Program-made: the position numbers and the translations under genes | The notes under the pieces: generated by a model | The model's database searches: none | The model's input: the letters and a program-made list of their open reading frames with translations, nothing else | Told to the model about the DNA's origin: nothing | Shown: one piece after another, positions 1 to 10,436 of the stretch | Position numbering within the stretch: position 1 is the first letter of the stretch | Layout of the letters: the number at the start of each line of letters is the position of its first letter | NCBI GenBank assembly: GCA_033764015.1 | Contig: JANRJK010000055.1 | Coordinates: 120,441 to 184,440 of the forward strand | Source: Candidatus Sumerlaeia bacterium | GTDB taxonomy: Bacteria > Sumerlaeota > Sumerlaeia > SLMS01 > JANRJK01 | Reading direction: 5' to 3' | Length of the DNA: 64,000 bases

Positions 1-1798
1 CCGCCTTGCGGATCAGCGCGAGGACCAGCGGCGTGTCGAACCAGTCGCTCGAAGCGGGCTTGTAGGACTCCGCGTAGGCGGCGCGGTGCTCGCCGATGTA
101 GAGCACCGGGCGCGGGAACGAGTCGTCCGCGAGGAGCTGGTTCAACGTCTCGACCATCGGGAAGGCGTTGAAGGCGAGCGTGACCTGCTCGACGCGGTCC
201 GCGAGCGCGCCCGCCGCCGCGTTCGGCGACGAGTTGCGGTAGAACCACTGGGCGCTCCACAGCAGACCCGGCAGCGCCAGCCCCCACGCCACGGCCAGCG
301 CGCGGCGCCGCTCCGGCAGCAGCGCCGCCAGCGCCGCGCCCCCCGCCGCCGCCAGCAGCAGCAGCACCGGCAGCAGGAAGCGGACGGACTGGTAGCCCGC
401 GAACCACAGCAGCCACCCCGCCGCCGCGAGCGCCGCCACCGGGAGCGCGTCGCGCCGCCGCCCCCCGCGCCAAATCCACCACGCCAGCAGCGCCAGTAAC
501 GGAATCAGCGCCGGACCGGGATGGTGCGCCTCGAACCGGATCCAATGCACCGACACGTTCCATGGCGACTTCAGCAGCGCCGCGGCGCCGCGCCCCATGC
601 CCTTCTCCGCCGCCTTCGCCGAGTAGAACTCCTGGTTCGCCGGGGTCCACTCTCCGCGCCCGATCCGGTCGCCCAGCGCCGGGTACACCGGGTTGCCGAC
701 GTTCACCATGTTGCGAACGAGGAAGGGCGATGCGGGCAGCACCGCGAGCACGCCTGCGGCGGCCAATCCCCCGGACCATGCGAGGTAACGTGGCGCGGGC
801 GTCGCGCCTGCGTTCTCCGTGGTGGCTCCAGCCCACACCACCCGCGCCGCGCAAGCCAGCAACGCCATCGCGGCGAAGGGTCCAGCGCTCAGCTTGAACG
901 CCACCGCGAGCCCCGCGAGCAGCCCGCACCACGCGAGCGCCGCGCGCGCGCGCTCCGGCTCCGCGTGCCACGCGACAGCGAGCGCCGCCACCAGCGCCGC
1001 CGCGGAGGCCACATCGCTGAAGGGCCACACCATGACGATCAGCAGCACGGGGACGCCGCCCGCCAGCGCCATCGCCGCCGCCCGCGCGGTCGCGTCGCCC
1101 CCCGACAGCGCCCGCGCCAGAGCCCCGAGGCACCAAACCCCGCAGACGCCGAACAGCCAGTGGAGCACGGGGTAGGCCGCATGGTTCGACATCGCCGGCG
1201 CCGCCAGCAGCGCGAGCTGCGCCGGCAGGTTCGTGAACGCGTTGTAGGGGAGGTACGAGAAGAAGCCCTCGCGCGCGAACAGCTCCGCCGCCACCAAGTG
1301 GTAGCGCAGGCCGTCGCTCTGCACCGGCGGCCCCAGCGCCGCGGGGAGCGCCACCAGCAGCGGCGCCAGCGCCAGCAGCGCCGCGCGCTCCGGCGGACCC
1401 GACACGCCCCGGCACGCGCAGCGCATCTGCATCGCCCCCGCCACCGCCAGCGGCGCCAGCACCACCGGCAACAACAGGTGGTTGAACATCGGCACCTCCG
1501 CCGACGCGAACGCCAGCGGCCAACCGATCAGCGCCGCGCCGGCGAAAAGCCGCAGCGCCTCCGCCTCGCTCCGGCGGAACGCGGCGGGCAGGCGGACGAA
1601 GCGCTCGAACAAGCCGCCGACGCCCCGGCACGCGAGCGCGACGAACGCAGCCCAGCCCACCGCCCGGCCCGCGCGCGACAACCCGCCCGCCACATCCCAG
1701 CCAGCCACCGCACCCGGCCGCCCCCACGCCATCCCCCAGCCCAGCCAGGCGATCACGAACGCAGCGACGACAGCGATGATGGGAAAGGTTCGGGTCAT
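1..1798 (-). CDS. Multi-pass membrane GT-C/ArnT-like (family 39-like) glycosyltransferase, 3' end outside the window
   Basis: Absent from the ORF track because no stop lies in the window. Spot translation from ATG 1798 gives MTRTFPIIAVVAAFVIAWLG, SDGLRYHLVAAELF and PFLVRNMVNVGNPVYP; D-x-L-x-YHL and GNP-x-YP motifs are typical of this membrane GT group. Confidence 0.7.
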   Translation of the reverse strand, partial: MTRTFPIIAVVAAFVIAWLGWGMAWGRPGAVAGWDVAGGLSRAGRAVGWAAFVALACRGVGGLFERFVRLPAAFRRSEAEALRLFAGAALIGWPLAFASAEVPMFNHLLLPVVLAPLAVAGAMQMRCACRGVSGPPERAALLALAPLLVALPAALGPPVQSDGLRYHLVAAELFAREGFFSYLPYNAFTNLPAQLALLAAPAMSNHAAYPVLHWLFGVCGVWCLGALARALSGGDATARAAAMALAGGVPVLLIVMVWPFSDVASAAALVAALAVAWHAEPERARAALAWCGLLAGLAVAFKLSAGPFAAMALLACAARVVWAGATTENAGATPAPRYLAWSGGLAAAGVLAVLPASPFLVRNMVNVGNPVYPALGDRIGRGEWTPANQEFYSAKAAEKGMGRGAAALLKSPWNVSVHWIRFEAHHPGPALIPLLALLAWWIWRGGRRRDALPVAALAAAGWLLWFAGYQSVRFLLPVLLLLAAAGGAALAALLPERRRALAVAWGLALPGLLWSAQWFYRNSSPNAAAGALADRVEQVTLAFNAFPMVETLNQLLADDSFPRPVLYIGEHRAAYAESYKPASSDWFDTPLVLALIRKA

Positions 1799-1901
1799 GG
1801 AGGGCTCGGCGGGGAGGCGCTCAACCAACTGCTCTGCGAGCTTGAATCAACCGCCGCGCCGGTGGCAGGCAATCCGACCGTACGGACCGCGGGCGGGTCG
1901 A

Positions 1902-3032
1902 CTACGCGCTCACCAGCCCGCGCTTGCGCAGCTCCGCGTCCGCCTGCGCGACTTGGTCGCGCGCTTCCTGCGTCTCGCCCCAGGCGGCCAAGTCGCGGAG
2001 CCCCTGTTCCAAGCTGATCGCCGGCTCGAAGCCGAGCGCGCGCAGCCGCGAGGTGTCCGCGTAGCAGTGACGGATGTCGCCGTTGCGGTAGCGGCGCGTC
2101 ACTTCCGGCTCGAGATCCGCGCGGCCGTACAGCTTCGCGATCGTGTAAGCGAGGTCGTAAATCGTTGTGGGGCGTCCGGTGCCGATGTTGACCGGCTCGT
2201 GGTTCGCGCGGGGGTCTTCGAGCAGGTGGATCTTCGCGCGGACCAGGTCGCGGACGTCGATGAAGTCGCGGCACTGGGCGCCGTCCTCGTAGATCAGCGG
2301 GCGGTTGCCGTTCTTCACGCGAGAACTGAAGATCGCCGCCGCGCCGGTGTACGGGTTCGAAAGGCTCTGCCGCGAACCGTACACGTTGAAGTAGCGCGCC
2401 GCCACGCACGGGATGCGGTACGCGCGCGCGAGGATCAGCGAGTACTCCTCCTGGTCCTTCTTCGACTGCGCATAGACCGACGTGCAGTAAAGCGGCTTCG
2501 ATTCCGGCGTGGGGACCGGTTCGAGCGCCTCTCCGGTCTCCGGGTCGAGCGGGTCGAAGGCGCCGGCCTTGAGCTGCTCCTCCGTGCGGAGCGCGGGCGT
2601 GCGCAGCGCGCCGTCTGACGGGCGCCGGTAGAGGCCCTCGCCGTAGATGCTCATGCTCGACGCCATCAGCAGGCGCTCGACCGACGTCTTCTCGTTCACC
2701 AGGATGTCGAGCAGCGTCGCGGTGCCGCCCACGTTGTGGTCGATGTAGCGCTGGATTTCGTACTGCGACTGGCCGACGCCGACCTGCGCCGCGTCGTGGA
2801 CCACGGCGTCGATGCCCTCGAGCGCCTTCAGCAGCGCCGCGCGGTCGCGGACGTCGCCGCGGATGAACTCGGCCTCGCGGGTCAGGTAATCCGGCGGCGC
2901 GTCGACGGCGCCGTGCACTTGCGGCTCGAGGCAGTCGAACACGCGCACGCGGTAGCCGCGTTCGAGGAGCGCGTCGACCAGGTGCGATCCGATGAATCCG
3001 GCGCCGCCGGTGACGAGGACGTGCTTGAACAT
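1902..3032 (-). CDS. NAD-dependent nucleotide-sugar epimerase/dehydratase (extended SDR, WbiB-like)
   Basis: VLVTGGAGFIGSH Rossmann motif, ASSMSIYG, YAQSK (YxxxK), YFNVYG, RDFI, GDIRH. Confidence 0.92.
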   Translation of the reverse strand: MFKHVLVTGGAGFIGSHLVDALLERGYRVRVFDCLEPQVHGAVDAPPDYLTREAEFIRGDVRDRAALLKALEGIDAVVHDAAQVGVGQSQYEIQRYIDHNVGGTATLLDILVNEKTSVERLLMASSMSIYGEGLYRRPSDGALRTPALRTEEQLKAGAFDPLDPETGEALEPVPTPESKPLYCTSVYAQSKKDQEEYSLILARAYRIPCVAARYFNVYGSRQSLSNPYTGAAAIFSSRVKNGNRPLIYEDGAQCRDFIDVRDLVRAKIHLLEDPRANHEPVNIGTGRPTTIYDLAYTIAKLYGRADLEPEVTRRYRNGDIRHCYADTSRLRALGFEPAISLEQGLRDLAAWGETQEARDQVAQADAELRKRGLVSA

Positions 3033-3060
3033 GGGTGCTCCGGTCTGTTGTCGGCGGCCC

Positions 3061-4113
3061 TCAGCCGGCGCCCTGTGCGGCGACTTCGTGCTTCGTGATG
3101 TTGCCTTCCTGGATGCGCTCGGCGTGGTGGCAGCGGACCAGGTGCCCCGGGCGCAACTCGCGCATTTCGGGCGATTCGGCGATGCACTCGGGCGTCGAGA
3201 AGGGGCAGCGCGGGTGGAAGCGGCAGCCGCTCGGGTGCCGCGCCGGGCTCGGCACCGCGCCCTTGATCGGGTTCAGCCGCTGCTTGCCGTCCGCCTCCGT
3301 GGTGCGCGGGCGCGACGCCAGCAGCCCCAGCGTGTAGGGGTGCAGCGGCGCCTCGAACAACTCGTCGGTCTCCGCGTACTCGACCACCTGCCCGGCGTAC
3401 ATCACGGCGACTTCGTCGCTGATCTCCGCGATCACGCCGAGGTCGTGCGTGATCATCATGATCGAGGACCCGAAGTCCTCCTTCAGCTTCTGCATCAGGT
3501 CGAGGATCTGCGCCTGCACCGTCACGTCGAGCGCGGTCGTCGGCTCGTCCGCGATCAGGAGCTCCGGGTTGCAGGCGAGCGCCATGGCGATCACGACGCG
3601 CTGCCGCATGCCGCCGGAAAGCTGGTGCGGGTAGTCGTGCACGCGCTTCGCCGCGGCGGGGATGCGGACCAGCTCGAGCATCCGCACCGCCTCCTTGATC
3701 GACTGCGACTTGCCCATGCCCTGGTGCGTGCGGAACACCTCGCCGATCTGGTCGCCGATCGTGAAGACGGGGTTCAGCGACGTCATCGGCTCCTGGAAGA
3801 TCATCGAGATCTGGTTGCCGCGGATGCGCCGCATCTCCTTCTGCGAGAGCTGCAGCAGGTCCTCGTCCTTGAACCAGATTTCCCCGGTTTCGATCTTGCC
3901 GGGGGGCATCGGGATCAGGCGCAGGATCGTGAGCGAGGTGACCGACTTGCCGCAGCCGGACTCCCCGACGATCCCGAGCGTGCGCCGCCGGTGCACGGCG
4001 AAGGAGACGCCGTCGACCGCCTTCGACACCCCCGTGTCGCTGTAGAAGTAGGTGCGCAGGTTGTTCACCTGCAGCAGGGGTGCCTCGCCGTTGTCCTTGC
4101 CGTTCGCCGCCAT
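3061..4113 (-). CDS. oppD: Oligopeptide/dipeptide ABC transporter ATP-binding subunit (OppD/DppD family)
   Basis: GESGCGKS Walker A, LSGGMRQR signature, [12 protein letters not shown]-terminal HPYT and GCRFHPRC. Start placed at ATG 4113 (MAANGKD). Confidence 0.9.
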   Translation of the reverse strand: MAANGKDNGEAPLLQVNNLRTYFYSDTGVSKAVDGVSFAVHRRRTLGIVGESGCGKSVTSLTILRLIPMPPGKIETGEIWFKDEDLLQLSQKEMRRIRGNQISMIFQEPMTSLNPVFTIGDQIGEVFRTHQGMGKSQSIKEAVRMLELVRIPAAAKRVHDYPHQLSGGMRQRVVIAMALACNPELLIADEPTTALDVTVQAQILDLMQKLKEDFGSSIMMITHDLGVIAEISDEVAVMYAGQVVEYAETDELFEAPLHPYTLGLLASRPRTTEADGKQRLNPIKGAVPSPARHPSGCRFHPRCPFSTPECIAESPEMRELRPGHLVRCHHAERIQEGNITKHEVAAQGAG

Positions 4114-4381
4114 CGCGTTCCGATCCGTGGGTCGCGTCAGATGAACCGCAACGGTGCGTGGCGCGGGCGCCACGGTCAAGCGCCGAAGGACGGGGGGGGT
4201 GCAGGCCCCGTTCAGGGCCGCGAAGCCGGGAGCAAAGAATCTCGAATGGAGGCGCCCCCCCGCTCAGAGCGTTATCGCCCCGCGTCCCGCCCGGGGACCC
4301 TCCTCCCGCTTTCCCTTTGTCGCGGTGCCTTCCCTCCGGGATAGTCCCACCGCATCCCACCCGCGCAGGACGGAGACGCCG

Positions 4382-5839
4382 TTGGCCCGGACATCCCCCC
4401 TTCAGAAGCTCCGCGTGGACCGGCAGGAGGAGCTGCGCCTGCGCGGCCAGCCCTGGTACATGGCCGCCGCGCGCTTTCTCATCGTGCTTGGCCGCCAGGT
4501 GGGGCTCAACCTCCTGCCCCAGCGCGCCGGCTCGCTGACCTACACGACGATCCTCTCGCTCTTCCCGCTCTTCCTGCTGCTGCTGGCGAGCGCCTCGTTC
4601 TTCTTCACGCCCGACCGCCAGGACGAGCTGGTCGACCAAGTGCAGACGTTCCTCTACCCGCGCGAGCAGGTGATCGCGGTCGGCCCCGGCGAGGCGGTCG
4701 ACCAGGCGGCGGTGGAGGAGAACATGGCGAAGCTGCGCAGCTTCGTCCGCGACAGCTCGGAGAGCTTCCGCAGCAAGGCCGCGGGGCTCGGCGTCGCCGG
4801 CTTCGTGGCGATGCTCGCCGCCGCGTACGGCCTCTACAACGCCGTCGAGGGCGCCATGGACGCGACCTGGCGCGGCGCCGGCGCGCGTTCGTTCAAGCGC
4901 ACCTTCAGCACCTTCGCCACCCTGCTGCTGGTCGCGCCCGTCGCGATCGGCCTTTCGCTCACGTTCACCGGCGTGGCGAGCGGCGCGAAGGCGTACCTCG
5001 CCAAGCAGGAGCAGGCCGCCGCCGCACCCGAAGCGGGGGCCGGCGCCGTCGCCGCCCTTCGGGACACCACCTGGCGCACGGTCGCCGTCGTGCTCGACAA
5101 GGTGGACTTCGTGGTGCCCGTCCTGCTGAACGGGTTGTTCTTCGCGATGGCCTACTTTTTCATCCCGACGGCGCGGGTGCGCTGGGGGGCGGCCTTCGCC
5201 GGCGGACTCTTCGCGGGCCTGCTATGGGAGGTGTCCAAGGCGGGCTTCGCCACCTACGTCTTCTCGAGCGCGCTCAACCGCGAGATCTTCGCCTCGCTCG
5301 GCGCGATCCCGATCTTCCTCATCTGGATCTACTTCTCTTGGGCGATCTTCCTGCTGGGGAACGAGTTCGCCTACGTGGCGCAGCACTTCTACGCGCTGGC
5401 CGCGGACCATTTCCTCAAGCGCCCCGTGGTGCCCTACGACGCGCGGCTCCTCGTGGCGGCGCTGCTGGCGGTGCACCGCGAGTTCGGCGCCGGCCGCGGC
5501 GCCGCCAGCGGCAGCGCCATCGCCCGCATGCTGCGCCTCCGCCGCGGCGAGGTCGACGGCCTCTTCGCCGAGCTGGTCCGCACCGGATACATCGCGCAGC
5601 TCTCCGGCGACCGGCTGCTCCCCGAGATCCCCCCCGAAAAGGTGATGATCGCGGACGTGATCCGGCTCGGCGAAGCGTCGAGTTCCATTGCGGCGCTGGA
5701 GGAAAAGGCGGGAGAAATCGTTCTGCCCGCGTTGAGGTCCTTGGAGCGCCGCCTCGCCATCGCGATTCCGGACGGGGAGACGCTCGCCGACCTCATGCGG
5801 AGCCCGGCGTTGGAGGGCGAGGTGCATGGCTCAGCCTAG
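4382..5839 (+). CDS. YihY/virulence factor BrkB family membrane protein with C-terminal winged-helix-like extension
   Basis: AGSLTYTTILSLFP, several TM segments, SLGAIPIFLIWIYFSWAIFLLGNE. TTG start preceded by GGAG; start uncertain. Confidence 0.85.
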   Translation: MARTSPLQKLRVDRQEELRLRGQPWYMAAARFLIVLGRQVGLNLLPQRAGSLTYTTILSLFPLFLLLLASASFFFTPDRQDELVDQVQTFLYPREQVIAVGPGEAVDQAAVEENMAKLRSFVRDSSESFRSKAAGLGVAGFVAMLAAAYGLYNAVEGAMDATWRGAGARSFKRTFSTFATLLLVAPVAIGLSLTFTGVASGAKAYLAKQEQAAAAPEAGAGAVAALRDTTWRTVAVVLDKVDFVVPVLLNGLFFAMAYFFIPTARVRWGAAFAGGLFAGLLWEVSKAGFATYVFSSALNREIFASLGAIPIFLIWIYFSWAIFLLGNEFAYVAQHFYALAADHFLKRPVVPYDARLLVAALLAVHREFGAGRGAASGSAIARMLRLRRGEVDGLFAELVRTGYIAQLSGDRLLPEIPPEKVMIADVIRLGEASSSIAALEEKAGEIVLPALRSLERRLAIAIPDGETLADLMRSPALEGEVHGSA

Positions 5840-6410
5840 CAAGGTCGAAGCGGCGGAACAGGTCCGGCAGATTGTGCGCGGACTCGGCAAGCTCCTCTCC
5901 TGGATCATCCCCATCGCCATCCTTGTGTGGCTCGTGACGTCCTTCGAAGGCACCAAGAGCCTGAAGAAGACCGACAAGCCCGAGGAGTTCGTCGCGAACT
6001 ACGCCACCTTCACCTCCGTCTTCGCGTCCTCGCCGGACCGCGTGCCCTCGCCGATCGAGTACCGCTCCTGGCTCGGCTTCTTCGACCGCGAGTCGCGCGA
6101 ATTCTTCGAGGCGAACGCGTCGCGCATCGCCGCCCGCTTCAACCCCGAGGGCCAGGCCGCCATGGCCGGCCGAAGCGTCGAGGAAGTGCGCCTCGAGGCC
6201 ATGCGCCTCGCGCTGCGGACCGCGCCGCTCAGCGGACGCTTCGCCGTCGCTCGCTCCGTCACCGGCGACGACGGCCTCCACACGCTCACGCTCGCCGCGG
6301 GCCGACGGGAGTTCGAAGTCAAGATCCGCCGCGACGGCGAGCGGTGGGAGTTCCTCGACCTGATGGGCCAGCGCGAGGCGCTCGCCGGGCGCAGCGGCGA
6401 GGTCCAGTAG
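5826..6410 (+). CDS. Hypothetical protein with N-terminal membrane anchor
   Basis: 194 aa ORF overlapping the yihY stop, host-like codon usage, one TM (LLSWIIPIAILVWLV). Confidence 0.7.
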   Translation: MAQPSKVEAAEQVRQIVRGLGKLLSWIIPIAILVWLVTSFEGTKSLKKTDKPEEFVANYATFTSVFASSPDRVPSPIEYRSWLGFFDRESREFFEANASRIAARFNPEGQAAMAGRSVEEVRLEAMRLALRTAPLSGRFAVARSVTGDDGLHTLTLAAGRREFEVKIRRDGERWEFLDLMGQREALAGRSGEVQ

Positions 6411-6418
6411 CCCCCACC

Positions 6419-7654
6419 ATGGCCGCCGCGCGCGCCGCCGCCGACACCGTGCTGACGGTCGCCGAGCTCACCGCGCGCATCCGCGGCGCACTCGAGGACC
6501 GCTTCCGCTCCGTCGAGGTCGAAGGCGAGATCACCGGCTGGACCGCCGCCGCCTCGGGCCACGCCTACTTCACCATCAAGGACGAGGCCGCCGCGCTCTC
6601 CTGCGTCATGTGGCGCACCGCCCGCCAGTCGCTCGGCTTCGATCCGCGCGACGGTGACATGGTGCGCTGCCGCGGCGCCGTCACGGTGTACGAGAAGCGC
6701 GGCGCCTACCAGTTGCAGGTCGCCCGCATGACGCGCGCCGGCGAGGGCGAGCTGATGCGCCGCTTCCTCGAGCTGAAGGCGCGCCTCGAGGCCGAGGGCC
6801 TTTTCGATCCCGCGCGCAAGCGCCCGCTGCCCCCGCTGCCGCGCGCGGTCGGCGTCGTCACCTCGCCCACCGGCGCCGTGATCCACGACATCGCCAACGT
6901 CCTCCGCCGCCGCGCGCCCTGGCTTCCGGTCAAGCTCTGGCCCGCGCGCGTGCAAGGCCCCGGCGCCGCCGCCGAGATCGCGCGCGGCGTCGCGGCGCTC
7001 GGGCGCTCGGGGCTCGTCGACCTGCTCATCGTCGGGCGCGGCGGCGGATCGCTCGAAGACCTCTGGGAGTTCAACAGCGAGGCGGTCGCCCGCGCATTGC
7101 GCGCCTGCCCCGTGCCCGTGGTGAGCGCCGTCGGCCACGAAACCGACTTCACCATCTGCGATTTCGCCGCGGACCTGCGCGCGCCCACGCCGAGCGCCGC
7201 CGCCGAGGTCGTCTCCGAGGGCCACGCGGAACTCGGCGGCCGCGTGGGCCGCGCGCTCCGCACGCTCGACCGCGAGGTGCCCGGCCGCCTCGCGGAGCGC
7301 CGCCGCCGCGTGGAGGCCCACCTCGCCAGCCACGCGCTCCGCCGCCCCGAGACCATGCTGCGCGAGCGGCAGCAGCGCGCGGACCTCGCGCTGCGCGCGC
7401 TCGGGCAGGCGGTGGACGGCCGCCTCGAGGCCGCCCGCCGCCGCGCCGTCTCCGCCCAGGGCGCGCTCGCGGGCCACAACCCGGAACTCGTCCTCGCCCG
7501 CGGCTGGAGCATCGTCCGCCGCGCGCGCGACGGCTCCATCGTCGATTCCCCCGCCCGCGTCCGAGAGGGCGAGCTGCTCCGCGTCGAAACCAAGGGGGGC
7601 GAGTTCGACGCCCGCCGCGCCGCGGAGAACAGCCAGCCCGGGCTGTTCGACTAG
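6419..7654 (+). CDS. xseA: Exodeoxyribonuclease VII large subunit
   Basis: SGHAYFTIKD OB-fold, VTSPTGAVIHDI, VGRGGGSLEDLWEFN, SAVGHETDFTICDFAADLRAPTPSAAAE. Confidence 0.97.
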   Translation: MAAARAAADTVLTVAELTARIRGALEDRFRSVEVEGEITGWTAAASGHAYFTIKDEAAALSCVMWRTARQSLGFDPRDGDMVRCRGAVTVYEKRGAYQLQVARMTRAGEGELMRRFLELKARLEAEGLFDPARKRPLPPLPRAVGVVTSPTGAVIHDIANVLRRRAPWLPVKLWPARVQGPGAAAEIARGVAALGRSGLVDLLIVGRGGGSLEDLWEFNSEAVARALRACPVPVVSAVGHETDFTICDFAADLRAPTPSAAAEVVSEGHAELGGRVGRALRTLDREVPGRLAERRRRVEAHLASHALRRPETMLRERQQRADLALRALGQAVDGRLEAARRRAVSAQGALAGHNPELVLARGWSIVRRARDGSIVDSPARVREGELLRVETKGGEFDARRAAENSQPGLFD

Positions 7655-7664
7655 GCGCCCGCCG

Positions 7665-8765
7665 ATGGACCGCAAGTGGCTCCGCGAAAACGCGCTCGCC
7701 TTCGCGAGGCTCGCCGCCGCGCTCCTGCTCCTCGCGGGCGCTTGGTTCGCCGCGGGGCGGTTCGGCGACCCCCTCCTCGAGCGCGTCCTCGAGAAGGCCA
7801 CCGGGTTTGAGCAGACCAGCAAGGATGCCATGGTGGGCATCGTCGCGGCGCGGGCCCTTGACCTCGGATCGTATGCGGAAATGGAGGCGACGCTCGAACG
7901 TGTGCTCGCGGTGGCGGCGGAGGAGGGCGCCGACACCGCGCCGGTCCACTTCGAGCGCGAGCGGGTCGCCGTCTGGCAGCGAAAGTGGCCCGAGGCCTAC
8001 GCGGCGAGGCGGCAATTCATCGCCGCCAAGGGTGAAGACGAAAACGTCTGGTACACCGGCGTCCTGCGCCAAGTCGCCGAGGGCACGCTGCCCCCCGGGC
8101 ACAGCCGCGAGTTCCTCTTCGATCCGCTGCGCTGCTGCGGCCGATGGGACGAGGTGCTGAAGGGCGCGGAAGAGGCGCTCGCGAAACTCCCCGCGCTCCC
8201 GACCGAGCCACCTCCGGAGATGGTGCGCGACGACCAGCGCCGCCGCGCCGGAGTCCAGCTCCGCATCGCGGAGGCGCTCGTCCGCCTGGGCCGCCCGGAG
8301 GAAGCGGAACCGCGGCTCCGCGAAGCGGAAATCCTCCTCCACGACGCCGGCGGCGCCAACGCCACGCAGTGGCCCAAGTGGTCGGAGCGGCTCGACCTGT
8401 TCTCCTGCTTGATCCATCTCGAGTTGGTTCGCGCCCGCCACCTCGCCGCCACGGGGCAGCCCTACGACGCGGTCGAGGCGTTCTTCTCCGCAGGCGCCCG
8501 CGTGTACGAGTTCGGCGAGCACACGCTGCCCTCCGCTCCCGTTGGCATCACGCGGCGGGGTTGGGAGTTTTGGCGCGCCCGCGTGCTCGAGGCGATCCGC
8601 GCGGACCTTGCGGATCCGGAGCTCTTCTACAGCCAGTCGGAGGAGCTGTCGTCCCGCCTGCGCGAACTCGAGGCGGCGCTCGAAGGGCTCACCTTCAACA
8701 CCGCCCCTGCGCCCACCGCCCCCGCTCCTACGGAAGAACCAGCACCGGCGTCCCCCGCTCCGTGA
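7665..8765 (+). CDS. Hypothetical membrane-anchored helical (TPR-like) protein
   Basis: 366 aa ORF starting 10 nt after xseA, N-terminal hydrophobic segment, TPR-like helix IAEALVRLGRPEEAEPRLREA, Pro/Ala tail. Confidence 0.65.
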   Translation: MDRKWLRENALAFARLAAALLLLAGAWFAAGRFGDPLLERVLEKATGFEQTSKDAMVGIVAARALDLGSYAEMEATLERVLAVAAEEGADTAPVHFERERVAVWQRKWPEAYAARRQFIAAKGEDENVWYTGVLRQVAEGTLPPGHSREFLFDPLRCCGRWDEVLKGAEEALAKLPALPTEPPPEMVRDDQRRRAGVQLRIAEALVRLGRPEEAEPRLREAEILLHDAGGANATQWPKWSERLDLFSCLIHLELVRARHLAATGQPYDAVEAFFSAGARVYEFGEHTLPSAPVGITRRGWEFWRARVLEAIRADLADPELFYSQSEELSSRLRELEAALEGLTFNTAPAPTAPAPTEEPAPASPAP

Positions 8766-9372
8766 GGAGGAACACCTCCTCGATGCCGCAGTCCTCCAAG
8801 GCGATGCAGCCCAGCGTCCAGTCGCGCCCCGCGCCGCCCCCGTGGATGCCGATGGCGCCGCCGAGCGCCGTGTTCCACGGCGGCACGCCCCCGGACCGGT
8901 GCGCTTCCTTGATCGCGCCCGACTCCGCCGCTGTGATGTCCGCGCGCCCGAGCGCATCCTCCGGGGCCGGGTAGTCGAGCCCCAGGAACAAGTGGAACCG
9001 CGAACGCTCGAGCCGCGTGCACACGCGGTAGCGCCCCTCCGGTGTCCGCCCGTCCCCCTCTCGCAGCTTGTGGCCGACCAGTTCGCCCCCCAGCGCGACG
9101 CGGTAGCTGCGGACCACCGCGGTCCCATCCAGAAGGTCGAGTCGGCGCTCCGCCTTGTGCACCACGATGGTCGGGTCCGCGAGCGGCATCGCAAGCCCCT
9201 CCGCCGCGAGCCGCTCGCGCGCGGCCGCAAGGTCCGCCGGCCCTGAAAGCGCGGCCAACGCGCCGCGGCGCACCGCCCAAATGCCCGCACCCGACGCGGC
9301 GGCGATCACCGCCAGCAGGATCACGCCGGCGAGGATCGCACTCCGGCCCTTGGCGAACGCGGGAACAGGCAT
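8728..9372 (-). CDS. L,D-transpeptidase family protein (YkuD domain)
   Basis: N-terminal TM, GDGRTPEG, LGLDYP, catalytic GIHGG...WTLGC motif. Confidence 0.9.
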   Translation of the reverse strand: MPVPAFAKGRSAILAGVILLAVIAAASGAGIWAVRRGALAALSGPADLAAARERLAAEGLAMPLADPTIVVHKAERRLDLLDGTAVVRSYRVALGGELVGHKLREGDGRTPEGRYRVCTRLERSRFHLFLGLDYPAPEDALGRADITAAESGAIKEAHRSGGVPPWNTALGGAIGIHGGGAGRDWTLGCIALEDCGIEEVFLLTERGTPVLVLP

Positions 9373-9545
9373 GGCTGATGGATCTCCGCAGGATCCACGA
9401 TGCAGGCCGCCGAGCCGCGAACACCGTCAAGCCGAGCGCCGGGGGTACCGCGTCCCCCCCCCTCGCATGCTGCAACCATGGCCTCGCGCGAGGGCGCGAG
9501 GGCGCGAAGGAATGACCCATGTGGATGCAGCCCGGACCGTTGCGG

Positions 9546-9722
9546 TCAGCCTTTCGCGGGCTCCTCCGGAGGCGGCTCCGGCTTCGGCTCCACCACGGGC
9601 CCGAGGATCTGCGCCTTGCGCAGCGCCAAGCCCAGCGTGCGCAACTGCGACACCTGGTCGAGGCGCCGCGCGATCGCCTCGGGACTCATGTCCACCGACT
9701 GCCCGCGCGAGCGGCGCTTCAT
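9546..9722 (-). CDS. Small hypothetical protein (58 aa)
   Basis: ATG 9722 directly preceded by GAGGAG; MKRRSRGQSVDMSPEAIARRLDQVSQLRTLGLAL has an amphipathic helical core. Confidence 0.55.
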   Translation of the reverse strand: MKRRSRGQSVDMSPEAIARRLDQVSQLRTLGLALRKAQILGPVVEPKPEPPPEEPAKG

Positions 9723-9871
9723 CTCCTCGGGAGTCACGCCCCGCCGCCCTTCCCGCCGCCGAGAACCGTCAACTGTTGCGGCGGCCGATGCCATCCCCGA
9801 CCGTTCCTCGGAGCGGCGCAAGGCGCATGAGCGCCCCCCGCGCCGCCCCACCCCGAACCGGACCCGCGCCC

Positions 9872-10276
9872 ATGCCCCCCACGCCCGGAACCCTCCACCA
9901 CGTCGAAATCTATGTGTCGGACCTCGCCCGCAGCCTCGCCTTCTGGGAGTGGTTCCTCGGCGGGCTCGGCTACGAATGCATCGCGCGCTGGAACGCCGGC
10001 GCCAGCTTCGAACTCGGCCCCACGTACCTCGTCTTCGTCCAGACCGAGGCCCGCCACCTCGACGTGCCCTACCACCGCTGCCGCCCGGGACTGAACCACC
10101 TCGCGTTCCACGCCCGCGACCGCGCCCACGTGGACGAACTGACGTCGGCGCTCCGCGACCGCGGCGAGCCGATCCTCTACGAAGACCGCCACCCCCACGC
10201 CGGCGGCCCCGACTACTACGCGGTCTTTTTCGAAGACCCGGACCGCATCAAGGTGGAACTGGTGGCGCCAGGATGA
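9872..10276 (+). CDS. VOC/glyoxalase family protein
   Basis: LHHVEIYVSDL, GLNHLAF, YYAVFFEDPDRIKVELV. Confidence 0.92.
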   Translation: MPPTPGTLHHVEIYVSDLARSLAFWEWFLGGLGYECIARWNAGASFELGPTYLVFVQTEARHLDVPYHRCRPGLNHLAFHARDRAHVDELTSALRDRGEPILYEDRHPHAGGPDYYAVFFEDPDRIKVELVAPG

Positions 10277-10292
10277 ACGGCTTTATTGATGC

Positions 10293-10310
10293 AGCGGGGA
10301 TAACCCCGCT
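10293..10310 (+). terminator. Hairpin downstream of the VOC gene, at the left edge of the lower-GC segment
   Basis: AGCGGGG-ATAA-CCCCGCT perfect 7-bp stem; no real U-tract. Confidence 0.35.
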
Positions 10311-10436
10311 TGACCCCCCCTCCCGCGAGAACGGTGCCACGACAGGGGGCGATGCGAATCGGATCGTCCCACAGTCTGCATCTTCCTGCGGCGATGACCA
10401 TTGTGCATCAAGACCTCGGAGAGGAGCTCCAAGACG

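Noticed and set aside
86..2017. Arg-rich plus-strand ORFs at the window start
   Set aside because: Shadows of the real minus-strand membrane glycosyltransferase 1..1798.
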